From an uncultured bacterium (GTDB taxonomy: Bacteria > Chloroflexota > UBA5177 > JANWHV01): a stretch of 64,000 bases of DNA. This document shows, in pieces, positions 48,897 through 60,300 of this stretch (position 1 is the stretch's first letter; every line of letters begins with the position of its first letter). The notes under the pieces are model-generated. The model was not told the DNA's origin, did no database searches, and saw nothing but the letters and a program-made list of their open reading frames with translations. Location: positions 32,001-96,000 of the forward strand of contig CAVSOU010000017.1 in NCBI GenBank assembly GCA_963729625.1. Reading direction: 5' to 3'. Position numbers and translations under genes: made by a program.

Positions 48897-51218
48897 TCAG
48901 GCGCCGGCGCAATCGTAGAGTGACGATCCGCCGCCGCCCATAACGGTTGACGCGGCACTGCCGGCAGCAGTGGTGCTGCTCGTAGTGGTGCTCTGGACGC
49001 TGCTGGTGGAAACAGCCTTGCAGGTCGTCTGTACCCATTGCATGATGGATGAGCTGCTTCCCTGACCGCCGCCTCCGCCGCCAAGCACGAAGCGCACTTT
49101 ATCGCTCTTCACCAGTGCCTGGAACTGTGCCAGCGTGAGGATTGGGTCGTTGCCGCCGAAGCCGCCCAGCGACATCACGGGCTTGCCCGTGGTGATGATG
49201 TACGAGGCGGCGCTGTTAGAGCTCGCGGTCACGACCAGGTAATAGGTCGAGCCCTGGTTCTTCAGCAGGTACGTGAGCAGCTGGCTGTCGACGGTCGAGC
49301 CGCTGCCCATGCCGCCGGTACGCGCCTGCCCCATTGTGCTGTCCGTGGGCATCTGGCCGCCGGCAGGAGCCTGCCCCATCGTGCCACCCGTGGGCATCTG
49401 GCCGGCTGTGCCGCCGGTTAGTCCCTGGGCGGGCGTGCCACCCGTGGGACCCTGGCCAGCCGGTGGATTGCCCATCGTGCTGCTGGGTCCCGCACCGCGG
49501 CCGAAACCACCTGGGCCTGCTCCGCCTCCGAAACCACCTGGGCCTGCACCGCCTCCGAAGCCGCCGCTGCTCTGGGCACTGGGTCCGGCGGAAGGAATAC
49601 TGCTGCCGACCGTGCTGACCGTATTCGCCGCCCACACCGCCGGCGCCATCAGCAAGGCCAGAGAGCCAATTGCCAGGGCGAGCGGCGTCCAAATCGGCAG
49701 GCGACGGCGCGGACGGAATCGGGCCGCCACCAGCGCCACAGCGGGGATGATCGTGCTCGCCAGCACCAGCGGCGTCATCCAGCGGCTCCAGGCCGGATAC
49801 GCGCTCAGGATGTGGACCTGAGCGATAGCGGTCGCCGACAGCGCGATGGGAAGCATCCAACCGCGCCAGCTCAGCAGTGGCCGATGCTGGCGATAATCCT
49901 GCCAGAGTGTCACCAACCCGATGGCGGCCAGCGCTGCGATGGCGGGCGCCAGCGTCACCAGATAGTAGCTGTGGAAGAAGCCGGCCACGCTGAAGAATCC
50001 AGCCATGGTGAGCAGCCAGACACCCCACAGCAGCAATCCCTTTTGCTTGCGGTCGAGCGGGAAGCGCAGACGCCGGCTACCGGCCACCAACAATCCAAGC
50101 AAAGCCAGCGGGATGAGCCAGCCGGCCTGGCCACCCAGCTCCGAGTCGATCAGCCGGAGGGGGCCGGCCGTGCCATTATTGAACAGGCCGCCGCCTCCGC
50201 CACCATTGCCCTGGCGCGGCGCCGTTTGAGATTCGGCAGTCGAGGAAGCCGCGACGCTCGTCGTCGTGGTTGCCGCGGTCACGGCGGCCTTGTTCGCCGT
50301 GCTTGTCGTCGCGGTCGTATGCTGAGCCGGCGTGCCGCTCTGGCCGAGAAGCCGCTGCAGGCCGTTGTAGCCAATCGCCAGGTCGATTTCAGAATTGGTG
50401 GTAGTGGAATCCACCCAGGGTCGTTGGCTGGCCGGGGTCAGGTCCACGGCCACGGCCCAAGACAGCGAGATGGTCAGCATGAGGATCGATGCCAAGAACA
50501 GGTGTGCCAGGCGGGTACGCCAGCGAGCCTGCGCTCCCAGCAGATACACAAGCGCGAAGGCCGGAACCACGAGAAACGCTTCGAGCATTTTGATATTGAA
50601 GCCCAGCCCCACGAACACCGCGCACAGCAACAGCCACCGGAGGCCGGATGAGCGCGACGTGCCGTGTGAGCGCTGCTCCACGGCCCGAGAAACCGCCCAG
50701 GCGCCGAGCAGCATGAAGAGCACCAGGATGCTATCGATAGTATTGTTCCGATTGTCCGCCACGGCCACCGGCGTGATCGCCAGGCACAGCGCCGCCAGCA
50801 GGCCGGCTGCCTCGCCGAACACGCGCTTGACCAGGTGATAGAGCAGGGCGACCGAGAGAATGCCGGCAACGGCTTCGGGCAGCAGCAGACTTACCCCGTT
50901 GAAGCGAAACAGCTTGACGCTCGCCACCTGGAACCAGAACCCGAGTGGTGGCTTGTCGATCGTGACGAAGCCGCTCGGGTCAAACGCCGCGAAGAAGAAA
51001 TTGTGCCAGTTCATGGCCATGCTCTTGACTGCCGCCGCGTAGTACGCGTTGGCGTAGCCTTCGCGACTGAGCTGGAAGAGATTCAGGAACGCTGCCAACA
51101 ACAGGATTGCCCCCAGCGCGATGCGGCGCCACGGGAGCGTGAACGTTCGAGTCTGGTCACCGACACGCTCGCATGTTGCGGTCTTCAGTCCAACCCCAGG
51201 TATATCAATTGCACTCAT
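48897..51218 (-). CDS. GT39/PMT-like membrane glycosyltransferase (YkcB-like)
   Basis: NAYYAAAVKSM..WHNFFF, TIDKPPL, GFNIKML, GYNGLQRL, MSLGGFGGNDP. Confidence 0.9.
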   Translation of the reverse strand: MSAIDIPGVGLKTATCERVGDQTRTFTLPWRRIALGAILLLAAFLNLFQLSREGYANAYYAAAVKSMAMNWHNFFFAAFDPSGFVTIDKPPLGFWFQVASVKLFRFNGVSLLLPEAVAGILSVALLYHLVKRVFGEAAGLLAALCLAITPVAVADNRNNTIDSILVLFMLLGAWAVSRAVEQRSHGTSRSSGLRWLLLCAVFVGLGFNIKMLEAFLVVPAFALVYLLGAQARWRTRLAHLFLASILMLTISLSWAVAVDLTPASQRPWVDSTTTNSEIDLAIGYNGLQRLLGQSGTPAQHTTATTSTANKAAVTAATTTTSVAASSTAESQTAPRQGNGGGGGGLFNNGTAGPLRLIDSELGGQAGWLIPLALLGLLVAGSRRLRFPLDRKQKGLLLWGVWLLTMAGFFSVAGFFHSYYLVTLAPAIAALAAIGLVTLWQDYRQHRPLLSWRGWMLPIALSATAIAQVHILSAYPAWSRWMTPLVLASTIIPAVALVAARFRPRRRLPIWTPLALAIGSLALLMAPAVWAANTVSTVGSSIPSAGPSAQSSGGFGGGAGPGGFGGGAGPGGFGRGAGPSSTMGNPPAGQGPTGGTPAQGLTGGTAGQMPTGGTMGQAPAGGQMPTDSTMGQARTGGMGSGSTVDSQLLTYLLKNQGSTYYLVVTASSNSAASYIITTGKPVMSLGGFGGNDPILTLAQFQALVKSDKVRFVLGGGGGGQGSSSSIMQWVQTTCKAVSTSSVQSTTTSSTTAAGSAASTVMGGGGSSLYDCAGA
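49486..49566 (-). repeat. 27-bp coding tandem repeat x3 (GGFGGGAGP)
   Basis: Three near-identical units in a Gly-rich loop, followed by degenerate QxPTGGT repeats. Confidence 0.8.
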
Positions 51219-51440
51219 CGTTGATCCTTCCCGGCGTATCCGCCGATTCCTGCTGACGATTCTTGTAACGTCTTGATGTGCGTCGTGCACCATTGCGTTG
51301 ACCGGGCCGCGTATCTCAGCGCACAAGCGACGATGCGTGTGGCGGGCGCCGTGTAGCAGACTTTCATCGCGTACAGCCTTATCCTGGGGTCCGCGGCTAA
51401 GTCTGGCGTGAGAGGCGGCTAAGCGAAAAGGAAGCGTATT

Positions 51441-51457
51441 CTGAGAGTTCGGCAAGA
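51441..51457 (-). promoter_or_regulatory. Possible MprA/OmpR-type direct-repeat box
   Basis: TCTTGC-N5-TCTCAG (11-bp period) between the divergent GT and response-regulator genes. Confidence 0.35.
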
Positions 51458-51559
51458 GCGGCGCAGCTCAGGAGTGCCGAACGCCGAGGGTGACCGCCTG
51501 CCTTTTGGGTGCAGCGGCGGACCGGTACACTACAGGAAGGAGCGCACGGGAGGACCGCC

Positions 51560-52231
51560 ATGCCAACCATCCTGGTTGCCGACGACGACCACAAGATCAC
51601 CGACATGCTGCGGCGGACCCTCATCTACGAGGGGTATAAGGTGCTCATAGCCAATGACGGGCAGGAGGCGCTGGATCAGGCCCAGGCGCACCGGCCGGAC
51701 CTGGTGATCCTGGACTGGATGATGCCCAAGCTGGACGGCCTGGAGGTCGCCCGCCGTCTGCGTGCCGCGGACGAGGTTCCGATCCTGATGCTCACCGCGC
51801 GCGATGCGGTTGAAGACCGTGTGGAGGGCCTGGATACCGGCGCTGACGACTACTTAGTCAAACCCTTCGCCCCCGCCGAGCTGCTGGCGCGGATCCGCTC
51901 GCTGCTACGGCGCACCACCACGGAGGGTGAGAAGCCGCTCCGCTATCTTGATCTGCAGATCGATCCCTCCACGCGCGAGGTTCAGCGTGGTGAGCGGGCC
52001 GTCGCCCTCAGCCCCAAGGAGTACGATCTCTTATTCTATCTGCTCCGCCATCCCCGGCAAGTGATGCCTCGCGGGCGCATCCTCGAGGAAGTGTGGGGTT
52101 ACGATTTCGGAGGCGAAGACAGCGTCCTCGACGTGTACATCGGCTACCTGCGGGCGAAAACGGAGGCCGCGGGCGAGGCGCGTCTGATCCAGACGGTGCG
52201 CGGCGTCGGCTACGTCCTGCGCGAGGGATAG
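51560..52231 (+). CDS. OmpR-family response regulator (MprA-like)
   Basis: [29 protein letters not shown]. Confidence 0.95.
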   Translation: MPTILVADDDHKITDMLRRTLIYEGYKVLIANDGQEALDQAQAHRPDLVILDWMMPKLDGLEVARRLRAADEVPILMLTARDAVEDRVEGLDTGADDYLVKPFAPAELLARIRSLLRRTTTEGEKPLRYLDLQIDPSTREVQRGERAVALSPKEYDLLFYLLRHPRQVMPRGRILEEVWGYDFGGEDSVLDVYIGYLRAKTEAAGEARLIQTVRGVGYVLREG

Positions 52232-52294
52232 CCAAGGCGCCGGCTGAGGCTGCGACACTGTCATGTTGGCCCGCCATGCACTCGGGGGAGGCTC

Positions 52295-53791
52295 ATGTCG
52301 ATTCGTCTCCGCCTCACGCTGCTGTACAGCGCGATCCTCGCTCTGACGCTTGTCGCGCTGGGCATCGGCGTCTATGCCGGAGTCTCCAATGTCGCGTTTG
52401 GCGCTGCAAGCGACGCGGTGAACACCGAGCTGCACACCGTGGCCATCTCGCTCCAGCCCCACATGGGACCGCGTCCGGGCGGCTCCCCCGACGGGCGAGG
52501 TCCTCAGCCGCAGCCGAGCCCGGGAACAACCCGGGCGCCGGTCGAGGGCCAGGCATGGAATCTCGGCAGCTTCATCCCGCCGCCCGACGTTGCCGCCCAG
52601 AGCTCCATCCAGGTGCGCCAGTCGGATGGCACGGTTCTGTATCGCTCACAGGACTTGCAGGCAGCCAAGCTCACCTTGCCCTTGAGCACGGCGGCGCGGC
52701 AACACCTGCGGCCGGGTGTGGTGGCACAGACCACATTCTCGGTGTCAGGGCAGCGCCTGCTCCTTGACAGCACCCTGCTCGCCTCGGGCCGTAGCTCCGT
52801 GGGCATTCTCCAGATAGCCCGCTCGCTGCGCGACGTCGACCAGACGCTGACCAGCCTGTGGCGGATCTTGCTCGCCGGCGGCGCCCTGGCTACCCTGCTG
52901 GCCTGTGTGGCCGGATGGTGGCTGGCCGGCACGGCGCTGCGCCCGATCGACCGCATCACTCAGACCGCGCGGTCCATTGGGCAGGCGCGTGACTTCGGCC
53001 GGCGTGTGGCATACCATGGCCCGCGCGATGAGGTGGGACGCTTGGCGACGACGTTCAACACCATGCTGGCGGGGCTGCAGGAGTCCTATCAGACGCAGCG
53101 CCGCTTCGTGGCCGACGCCTCGCACGAGTTGCGCACGCCGCTTACCAGCATCCGTGGCAACGCCAGTCTGCTCAAGCGCGTCCCGCCGATCGCGGAGGCC
53201 GATCGCGTGGCGGTGGTTGACGATATCGTCTCCGAGACCGACCGCCTGGGCCGCCTGGTTGGCGACCTCCTGACGCTGGCACGTACCGACGCGGGCCGTC
53301 CGATGCGGCTGGAGCCAGTGCCCCTGCGACCGCTCCTGGCTGGGCTGCTACGGCAGCTTGCGGGGTCGCATCCCGAGCGGACGGTCCTCCAGGAGGGTCG
53401 TGCCGAGGTGAGCGTGCTGGGCGATCCCGACGCGCTCAAGCAAGTGCTGCTGATCCTGCTGGACAATGCACTCAAGTTCACCCCGGCCGAGGGCAAGGTA
53501 GCCGTGGTGGTCGCCACACAGGGGGACAAGGTATCGGTGACAGTGCGAGACACCGGGGCGGGCATCCCGGCCGAGGTGTTGCCGCGGATTTTCGACCGCT
53601 TCTACCAGGCCGACGCGAGCCGGGCAGAAGGGGGCAGCGGCCTGGGGCTGGCCATCGCCAAATCACTGGTGGACCGCCAGAACGGCACGATCGAGGTCGA
53701 GAGCATGGTCGGCAGCGGCAGCACCTTCACCATCACCCTGCCGCGCGCTGCCGCCAGCCGGACGGCCTCCCTGGTAAACGCGGCTACCTAG
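52295..53791 (+). CDS. HAMP-HisKA sensor histidine kinase
   Basis: Two TM helices, DASHELRTPL, LLDNALKF, DTGAGI, GLGLAI. Confidence 0.95.
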   Translation: MSIRLRLTLLYSAILALTLVALGIGVYAGVSNVAFGAASDAVNTELHTVAISLQPHMGPRPGGSPDGRGPQPQPSPGTTRAPVEGQAWNLGSFIPPPDVAAQSSIQVRQSDGTVLYRSQDLQAAKLTLPLSTAARQHLRPGVVAQTTFSVSGQRLLLDSTLLASGRSSVGILQIARSLRDVDQTLTSLWRILLAGGALATLLACVAGWWLAGTALRPIDRITQTARSIGQARDFGRRVAYHGPRDEVGRLATTFNTMLAGLQESYQTQRRFVADASHELRTPLTSIRGNASLLKRVPPIAEADRVAVVDDIVSETDRLGRLVGDLLTLARTDAGRPMRLEPVPLRPLLAGLLRQLAGSHPERTVLQEGRAEVSVLGDPDALKQVLLILLDNALKFTPAEGKVAVVVATQGDKVSVTVRDTGAGIPAEVLPRIFDRFYQADASRAEGGSGLGLAIAKSLVDRQNGTIEVESMVGSGSTFTITLPRAAASRTASLVNAAT

Positions 53792-54072
53792 CACTGCCGA
53801 CCCATTCAACGGTACGTGCTTGGCCTCCGGCTGCGGCCTATGTCTTCCTGCAAGTCTTCAGGCGCGTCCCGGGCTCGACCGGCCTCGCGCTGTTGTTCGC
53901 CTAACGCGACACATCCGGCGCGACAGCCGCGAGCAGTCGGCGCGTAACAGCACCGTATGACCCGCGCCTGGCGGATTCGCAGGCAGCCGGTGACACACGC
54001 ATGAGCCCGGTGGTACGATAGGGCCGGTCCTCTGACTCGCTCGGCACCACCTGCGCTTCTAGCAGTACCTGT

Positions 54073-54180
54073 CTAGCCGTGGACGGCAGCGGCGGTATCT
54101 ACGTGGCGGATTATGGGAACAACCGGGTGCCGCACTTCCCTGCCTCCGGTGCGGCACAGGCCGAGCACAGCTATGGAGGG
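54073..54180 (+). pseudogene. Isolated NHL-repeat remnant
   Basis: Manual translation LAVDGSGGIYVADYGNNRVPHF; no start codon. Confidence 0.65.
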
Positions 54181-54308
54181 CGATATCGGGAGGCAGGTAG
54201 GGGAACCAGGTCCGCTGGATGAGCGCGCCATCAGCCGCGCGGGTCGACGATATAGGGTATCGGGCCCGAGGAGCACGCCGAGCAGGCAGCAAGACGAGGA
54301 GGCAAGCG

Positions 54309-57300
54309 ATGAAGGTGCGTCACTGGCTTCGCACGGCGCTGTGCGCGCTGGCAATCTGTATGACATGGCCGAGTTACGCAGCGCACGGTGCCCCCCGCGC
54401 CACCGCTGCTGCCGCGCCCTCGCCAGCTGGCGTACCGGCCGGCTGGCTCTCCACGTCGGCCCTCGGGACCACGCCGGCAGATGTGTTGCCCCAAGCATTC
54501 GTGGCGTCCGCTGCCCAATGGCGCGCGCTGCCGCTGCAGATCGCCGAACAGGCCGCACCGGCATTTCAGGACGCGGCGGGCGGCGGCGGCGCCGCGGCCG
54601 CCCTGCTGGCGCAGACGTTGCTCGGCCAGAATATCGTCACCCCTGACCCACGCGCGCTGGCGCAGAATCGCCTCAGCGCGGTCCTGGGCCCACTCGCGCA
54701 AACGCTCGGCGTGGCGACGTCTGCGGCGTCGACCACCTCGGGCTCGTCTGGGCTGGCCGCCGATCTGGTCGATCCGGCCAGCGGCGTCCTGCACGTCACC
54801 TATCAGGACTTCTCAGTTCCCGCGCGCGGCCAGCCGATGGCCCTGCAGCGCACCTTTGTCTCGGGTAACACTGCCGCGAGCGCCATGGGCAACGGCTGGG
54901 CCTTCACCTATGGCATCCACCTCGCCTACGATGCCAGCGGCAATCCGCTCATCGAGGAAGCGGCCGGCGGCGTCACCCACTTTGCGTTCTGGCAGGCCCC
55001 CTCCACCTACATTGCCCTGGACGCGCCGGGATGGGAGGTCCTTTGGCTACACCCCGGCGGTGCCACCCAGTTGATGGCTGACGGCAGCAGCCATCAATTC
55101 GATGCTCTCGGCCGGCTCGTGCGGCTCCAGGATCGCGACGGCATTGGGCTGACCATCAACTACAGGGGCGCCAATCTGGCGTCCGTAGTGGATGCGGCCG
55201 GCCGCAGCCTCCGCTTCACCGAGAATAGCGCCGGCCTGATCAGCACGATCACCGATCCTATGGGTGCCGTCATCCGTTATGGGCATGATGGCGCCGGTAA
55301 TCTGATCAGCGTGACCACTGCCGCCGGCGCCACTACCCGCTACGCCTACAGCACTCCCACGAGCGATAGTTACGACACCGCGCGCCTCACCGGCATCACC
55401 CTCCCTCGCGGCGGCACAATCCACTTCAGCTACGACAGCGGGGCCCGTGTCTCGCGCGTTGCCGGGCCCGGCACCATGAACACTGCGATCACCTACGCGG
55501 ACAACGCCGCTCCAGGCACGGTACGCACCGATCTCGTCGATGCGACCGGCGCGCACACGGAGATCGACACGTTCAACACTTCGCCCCTGACGACCGGCGT
55601 GCAACTGCCTGTCGTCACGCGTCTCGTGGATGCCACCGGGAGAACCACGACCGTTACAAGCGGACCTTCAGGTGTCACCATCGAGGACGGCGAGGGCAGG
55701 ATGAAGCCGGTGGCTAGCAACGCGGGTGGACCGGCGAGCACGATCCAGGCGCCACAGACCGGCGCCAACCGCTTGGGTTATGATCAGGCCACCTCCACGC
55801 TGTCCATGCTGACCGGCATTTCCGGACGGCCCACCACACTGGTGTACGATGCGGCAGGCCATCTGGCCGGCATCCGTGACGCTACCGGCGCGCTGACCAA
55901 AGTCGAGCAGATCGCCCCGCTCACGTTCCACGTGGTCAGCCCCAATAGTGGAGTCGCCATCCTGCAGTTCGACGCTGCAGGAAACGTCATCGCGCTGACC
56001 GACGCCATGGGTCGCAAGACCACGTTCCTCTGGGATCCTGACGGCCGGCTGACCGGCATCTCCGACCCGGCCCATGGCCGGCTTACCTTTCGGTATGGCC
56101 CGTCAGGCGCCCTGCTGGCCCGCACAGATGCGCTCGGAGCGGTGACCAGCTACAGCTACGACGCCGACGGCGATCTCACCTCGATGCGGGATGCCCTGGG
56201 CGACACCTGGCGCTTCACCTATGACGCCTTCGACCTGCCGGTGAGCGTGGTCGATCCGCTGGGCGACACGGATCGTCTCAGTTACGACGACGCTGGCAGG
56301 CTGACGATGGTCACCGACCCACTTGGGGCAGTCACCCGGGCGGGCTATGACGGCGCCGGCCGCGTGGCCTCCGTCACCGATCCGCTCGGCCATACCACGC
56401 GCTACCGCTACGGAGCCGCCGGCGAGCTCGTCGCGGCGACGAGCCCTGCCGGGCGCACCACGCGGTATAGCTACGATGCCGCCGGCCAGCCGGTCGTCGT
56501 GACGGACGCCGATGGCAGCAGCACAACGCTGATGTACGACGACGCCGGGCGGTTAACCGCCAGTCGCGCCGGCGCCGGTCCCACGACCGAGTACCGGTAC
56601 GACGCAGTGGGACGGCTGACGCAGCGTACCGTACCCGATGAGTCGGGGGCCTCGTACACCTACGATGCTGCGGGCTACCTGGTGAGCGCCGGCAACGGGA
56701 GCGGCACCATCCGCGACGCGTACGACGCAGCCGGCGATCTCACCTCGACGGTGGACACGAGCGGCCACACGATCCGCTACAGCTACGATGCGGCGGGCCG
56801 GCGGGCGACCATGACCTCTGCCACCGGCACGGTTACCCGCTACGCGTATGACGCGGCCGGCCACATCAGCGCGATCGATGATCCCCTGGGCAGCTCGACC
56901 TTCCGCTACGACGTGCGGGGAGAACGCGTTGCCGCGACGCTGCCGGGCGGCATCGCCGTCTCGTATCTCTACGATAAAGCGGACCGGCTCACGGCACTCA
57001 CCTACAAGCACGGCGCCACCGTGGTGGCCCGTTTCGTCTACGGCTACGACCGAGACGGCAACGTGGTGCAGGAGCAGGCCCTGGGCGACACCCTGCGCTA
57101 CCGCTACGACGCAGCAAACCGGCTCACTGCCATGCAGGGCAGCACCCGGAGCGACGACGCCAGCTACGCCTACGACGCCGATGGCAATCTCCTCTCCTCG
57201 GCCAGTCGTGGCGCCTTGCGCTACGACGCGGCCGGACGGCTGCTCACAGCTGGGAGCGCGAGCATGGCCTACGATCCTGCCGGCAGGGCGATGACCGGCC

Positions 57301-60300
57301 TGGCAGGTGCCATCTATGGCTATGACCAGAGCGGCAATCTGCTGGCGGCGCACACCAGCGGTGCCGACGTCATGTACGGCGAGGATGCGCTGGGCAGGAT
57401 CGTCACGCGCTTGGAGGCCGGCAACACGACGCTGACGGTCTATGACGGCAGTGATCCGGTCGCCGCATTCGGCCCGATCCCGTCGGTGGTCGCCCGCAAC
57501 GTCTATGGCCCCTGGATCGACGAGCCGCTCGCCTTTTCGGCGAACGGACAGACGTACACCTACGTCGTGGATCGGCTTGGCTCCGTGCGCATGGTGCTGG
57601 ACGGCGCGGGCACGCCCGTCGCCACGCTGCGCTACGACGCATACGGCAGGCTGCTCGGAAAGACGGGGTCCGGGCCAACGACGCTCGGCTTCGCCGGTCG
57701 TCCCTACGACCCGGCCACGGGCCTGATCGATCTGCGCGACCGCCTCTACGATCCAGCGCTGGCCCGCTTCCTTTCCCCCGACCCCCTGGCCCGTCCCGGC
57801 GCGGCGGACTATCCCTACGCGGCAGACAGCCCCGCGACGCGGAGCGATCCCCTCGGCCTGTGTGCGGAGTCCTCGGGGGAGGGGCCCAGCAACTCGACGC
57901 TCGGGGTGTTTGCAGCCGAGTCAAGCGGCCTGCCGGAACTCCTGGGGGAGACTTTCGGGCAGGCGTTCAGTGGCTACGGGGCCTGGCACCAAATCGAGCA
58001 GTTCAACGCGGCGAACGCGGCGTTTGGTGACGGCTGTAAGGGCGTGAACAACACGGATCCCACCTTCATCGACGCCGCCGGCGTTGCCGCTACCGACCGC
58101 GGCAGCGAGGCAGGTAACTCAACGCTGGCGCTCACCAGGGGCGCGTCTGGCGGATCCGTCGAAGCGCTGTTCCCCGTTGCAGCGGCCGGCACGGTGACCA
58201 TAGGCGTGTACGACGCGCATGGCCACCTCACGCGCGCGCTGGCGGCGCAACCCGCCTCACCGCCTGTCCTGGATATCACATGGGACGGGCGCGATACGGC
58301 CGGGCACGAGGTTGCCGACGGCACCTACTATATGCTGGAGACTGAACAACCCGCTGCTGCGGGCGCGCAGGCGACGTGTGCGCTGCGCACTATCGCGGTG
58401 ACGGCAGGGGCTTCCGGGCCCTTCGTCGTGCCCGTGCTGTCGGTCCCACCGGCGACCTCCAGCGTATCAGCGAAGATCGTCACGCCGGTCAGTGGCGCCC
58501 TGGTTCGCGGCCTCGTGCCCATCGACGGTGTGGCGTCGGGGTCGGACTTCGATCATTATCAGCTCGACTACGGCCCGGGCACTAGTCCCACCCGCTGGAC
58601 CGGCATCCGGGCCACAGTCTCGGGCACGGCAGGCGTGCCCGACAAAGGGCCCGTGACGCTCGCCCTGCTGCACACCCTTTCGGGCAACCTTGGTTCCCTG
58701 GATACCGGGCTCTCGGACTACTTCTACTATCGATCGAGCGGCGCCCAGGGCCTGAGCGGACTCTACACCATACGCCTGCGCGTGTTCGGTCGCCACGGTG
58801 AAGTAGCCCAGGCACTCGCCTGGATCGTCGTTGGACGCGTGGCCACCTACGTGCAGGACGCGACCATCGCCAGCCCGTCCGGGCTGGCAAGCCTGGCCGT
58901 GCCCAGTATGGCCATCCACGACATCGCCCAGGTGTTTGCTGTGCTGCCTCTGACCTCAACGGAGCCGATCCCCGCGCAGCTGCGGCCTCTATCTCGGGTC
59001 TACGCGCTGCATCCTTCCGGCTACGTGTTCAGCATCCCGGCGACCTTGAGCATGCACATCTCCACGACCGCGCCTGGCGCGGCGATCTATGCCTGGGACG
59101 CCGGTACCAATAGGTGGCAGCCACTACGGACGTCGGTTGCAGGCGCGAAGCACGGCACGACGCTCAGCACGCCCGTCGCGCGCCTCAACCAGGCGCCGGC
59201 CCTCTACGCCGTGTTTGCGCCCATTGCCGCCCCCGCGCCGCCGCTGCTCTTCCCGCTCGGGGCTGCACCCAGCGGTGCCACCACAGTCACTCTCGCCGCA
59301 GCTACCCGACCTGGGCTGCTCGTACAGGTTCTCTCGGCTGGGCGGCCCACTGGCGTGCCCGTTGTCGCTGGTGCCGACGGCCTGGCCGTGATTCCAGGCA
59401 TCCACCTCCAATCGGGGCAAAATCGTTTCACCGCCGTGGCACGCGATAGCGCTGGGCACATCAGTGCCCCCTCACAAGCGATCAGTGTCACCGCCGCGCC
59501 GAAGACACTGGAACTCCTGGATCCCGCTACAACTCTGCCGGCGAAGGTCACTGACCTCGCGGCCGTGCCACGTCCTGCGCAGGCCGGCCCGCCGCCGCCG
59601 GTCGTCAATTCGCCCACGCTGCATGCCGTGCTGGCAGCGGAGTTCCACCGGCCGCAGGACCTCTGGCCGGGGCGAACGGCGCCGCTCGGCGCCAGCACCA
59701 CGGTGGTGACCGACGGGGGTCACACCGCGCTCGAGATCACGGCAGGTGGCACGGGCGATCTGACCACCGGTGTGCCCGTTTCGTCCTTCAATCTCGCCAC
59801 GCACCCCTTGATCACGTTCTCCTATAAGGTGCCCCCGACTGTATCGGTTGACCTTGCCATACACGCAAACGGCACCTGGTGGGTGGCGCCATTGAGCGAC
59901 CCTCCTCCAACGGCCAACGATTTCGCGCGCGTCTACTTCTTTCCACTGGGCGACTACCCATCGCTTAAGTTGGTTCGCGATAATCGTTGGCACGACATCA
60001 CGCTCAATCTCTACCAACTGATTCGGGATCAGCAGCCAACAGGACCGGTCGTCGTGGACCGCATGGCCTTCGGCGATTGGGAGCCCAGCGGCTGGCTCGG
60101 CGTTCGACCGTCAAGCGCAAACGCACCTGCCACTAGCTTCCTGCTCGACCACGTGGCCCTGCCGGCGGTGAGCCGGATATCGACCGCGTCCTTTTCCTGG
60201 TCTGAACCTGCCGGCCAGGGCATTTCCGCGTACAGCTACCTGCTCGATCAGAAGCCCAGTACCGTGCCGCCCGCCCGCTCGATGGGGCTCGCCCCCGCGA

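Noticed and set aside
55780-57400. Quasi-periodic TACGAC repeats
   Set aside because: Explained by YD-repeat coding; not a DNA-level array.
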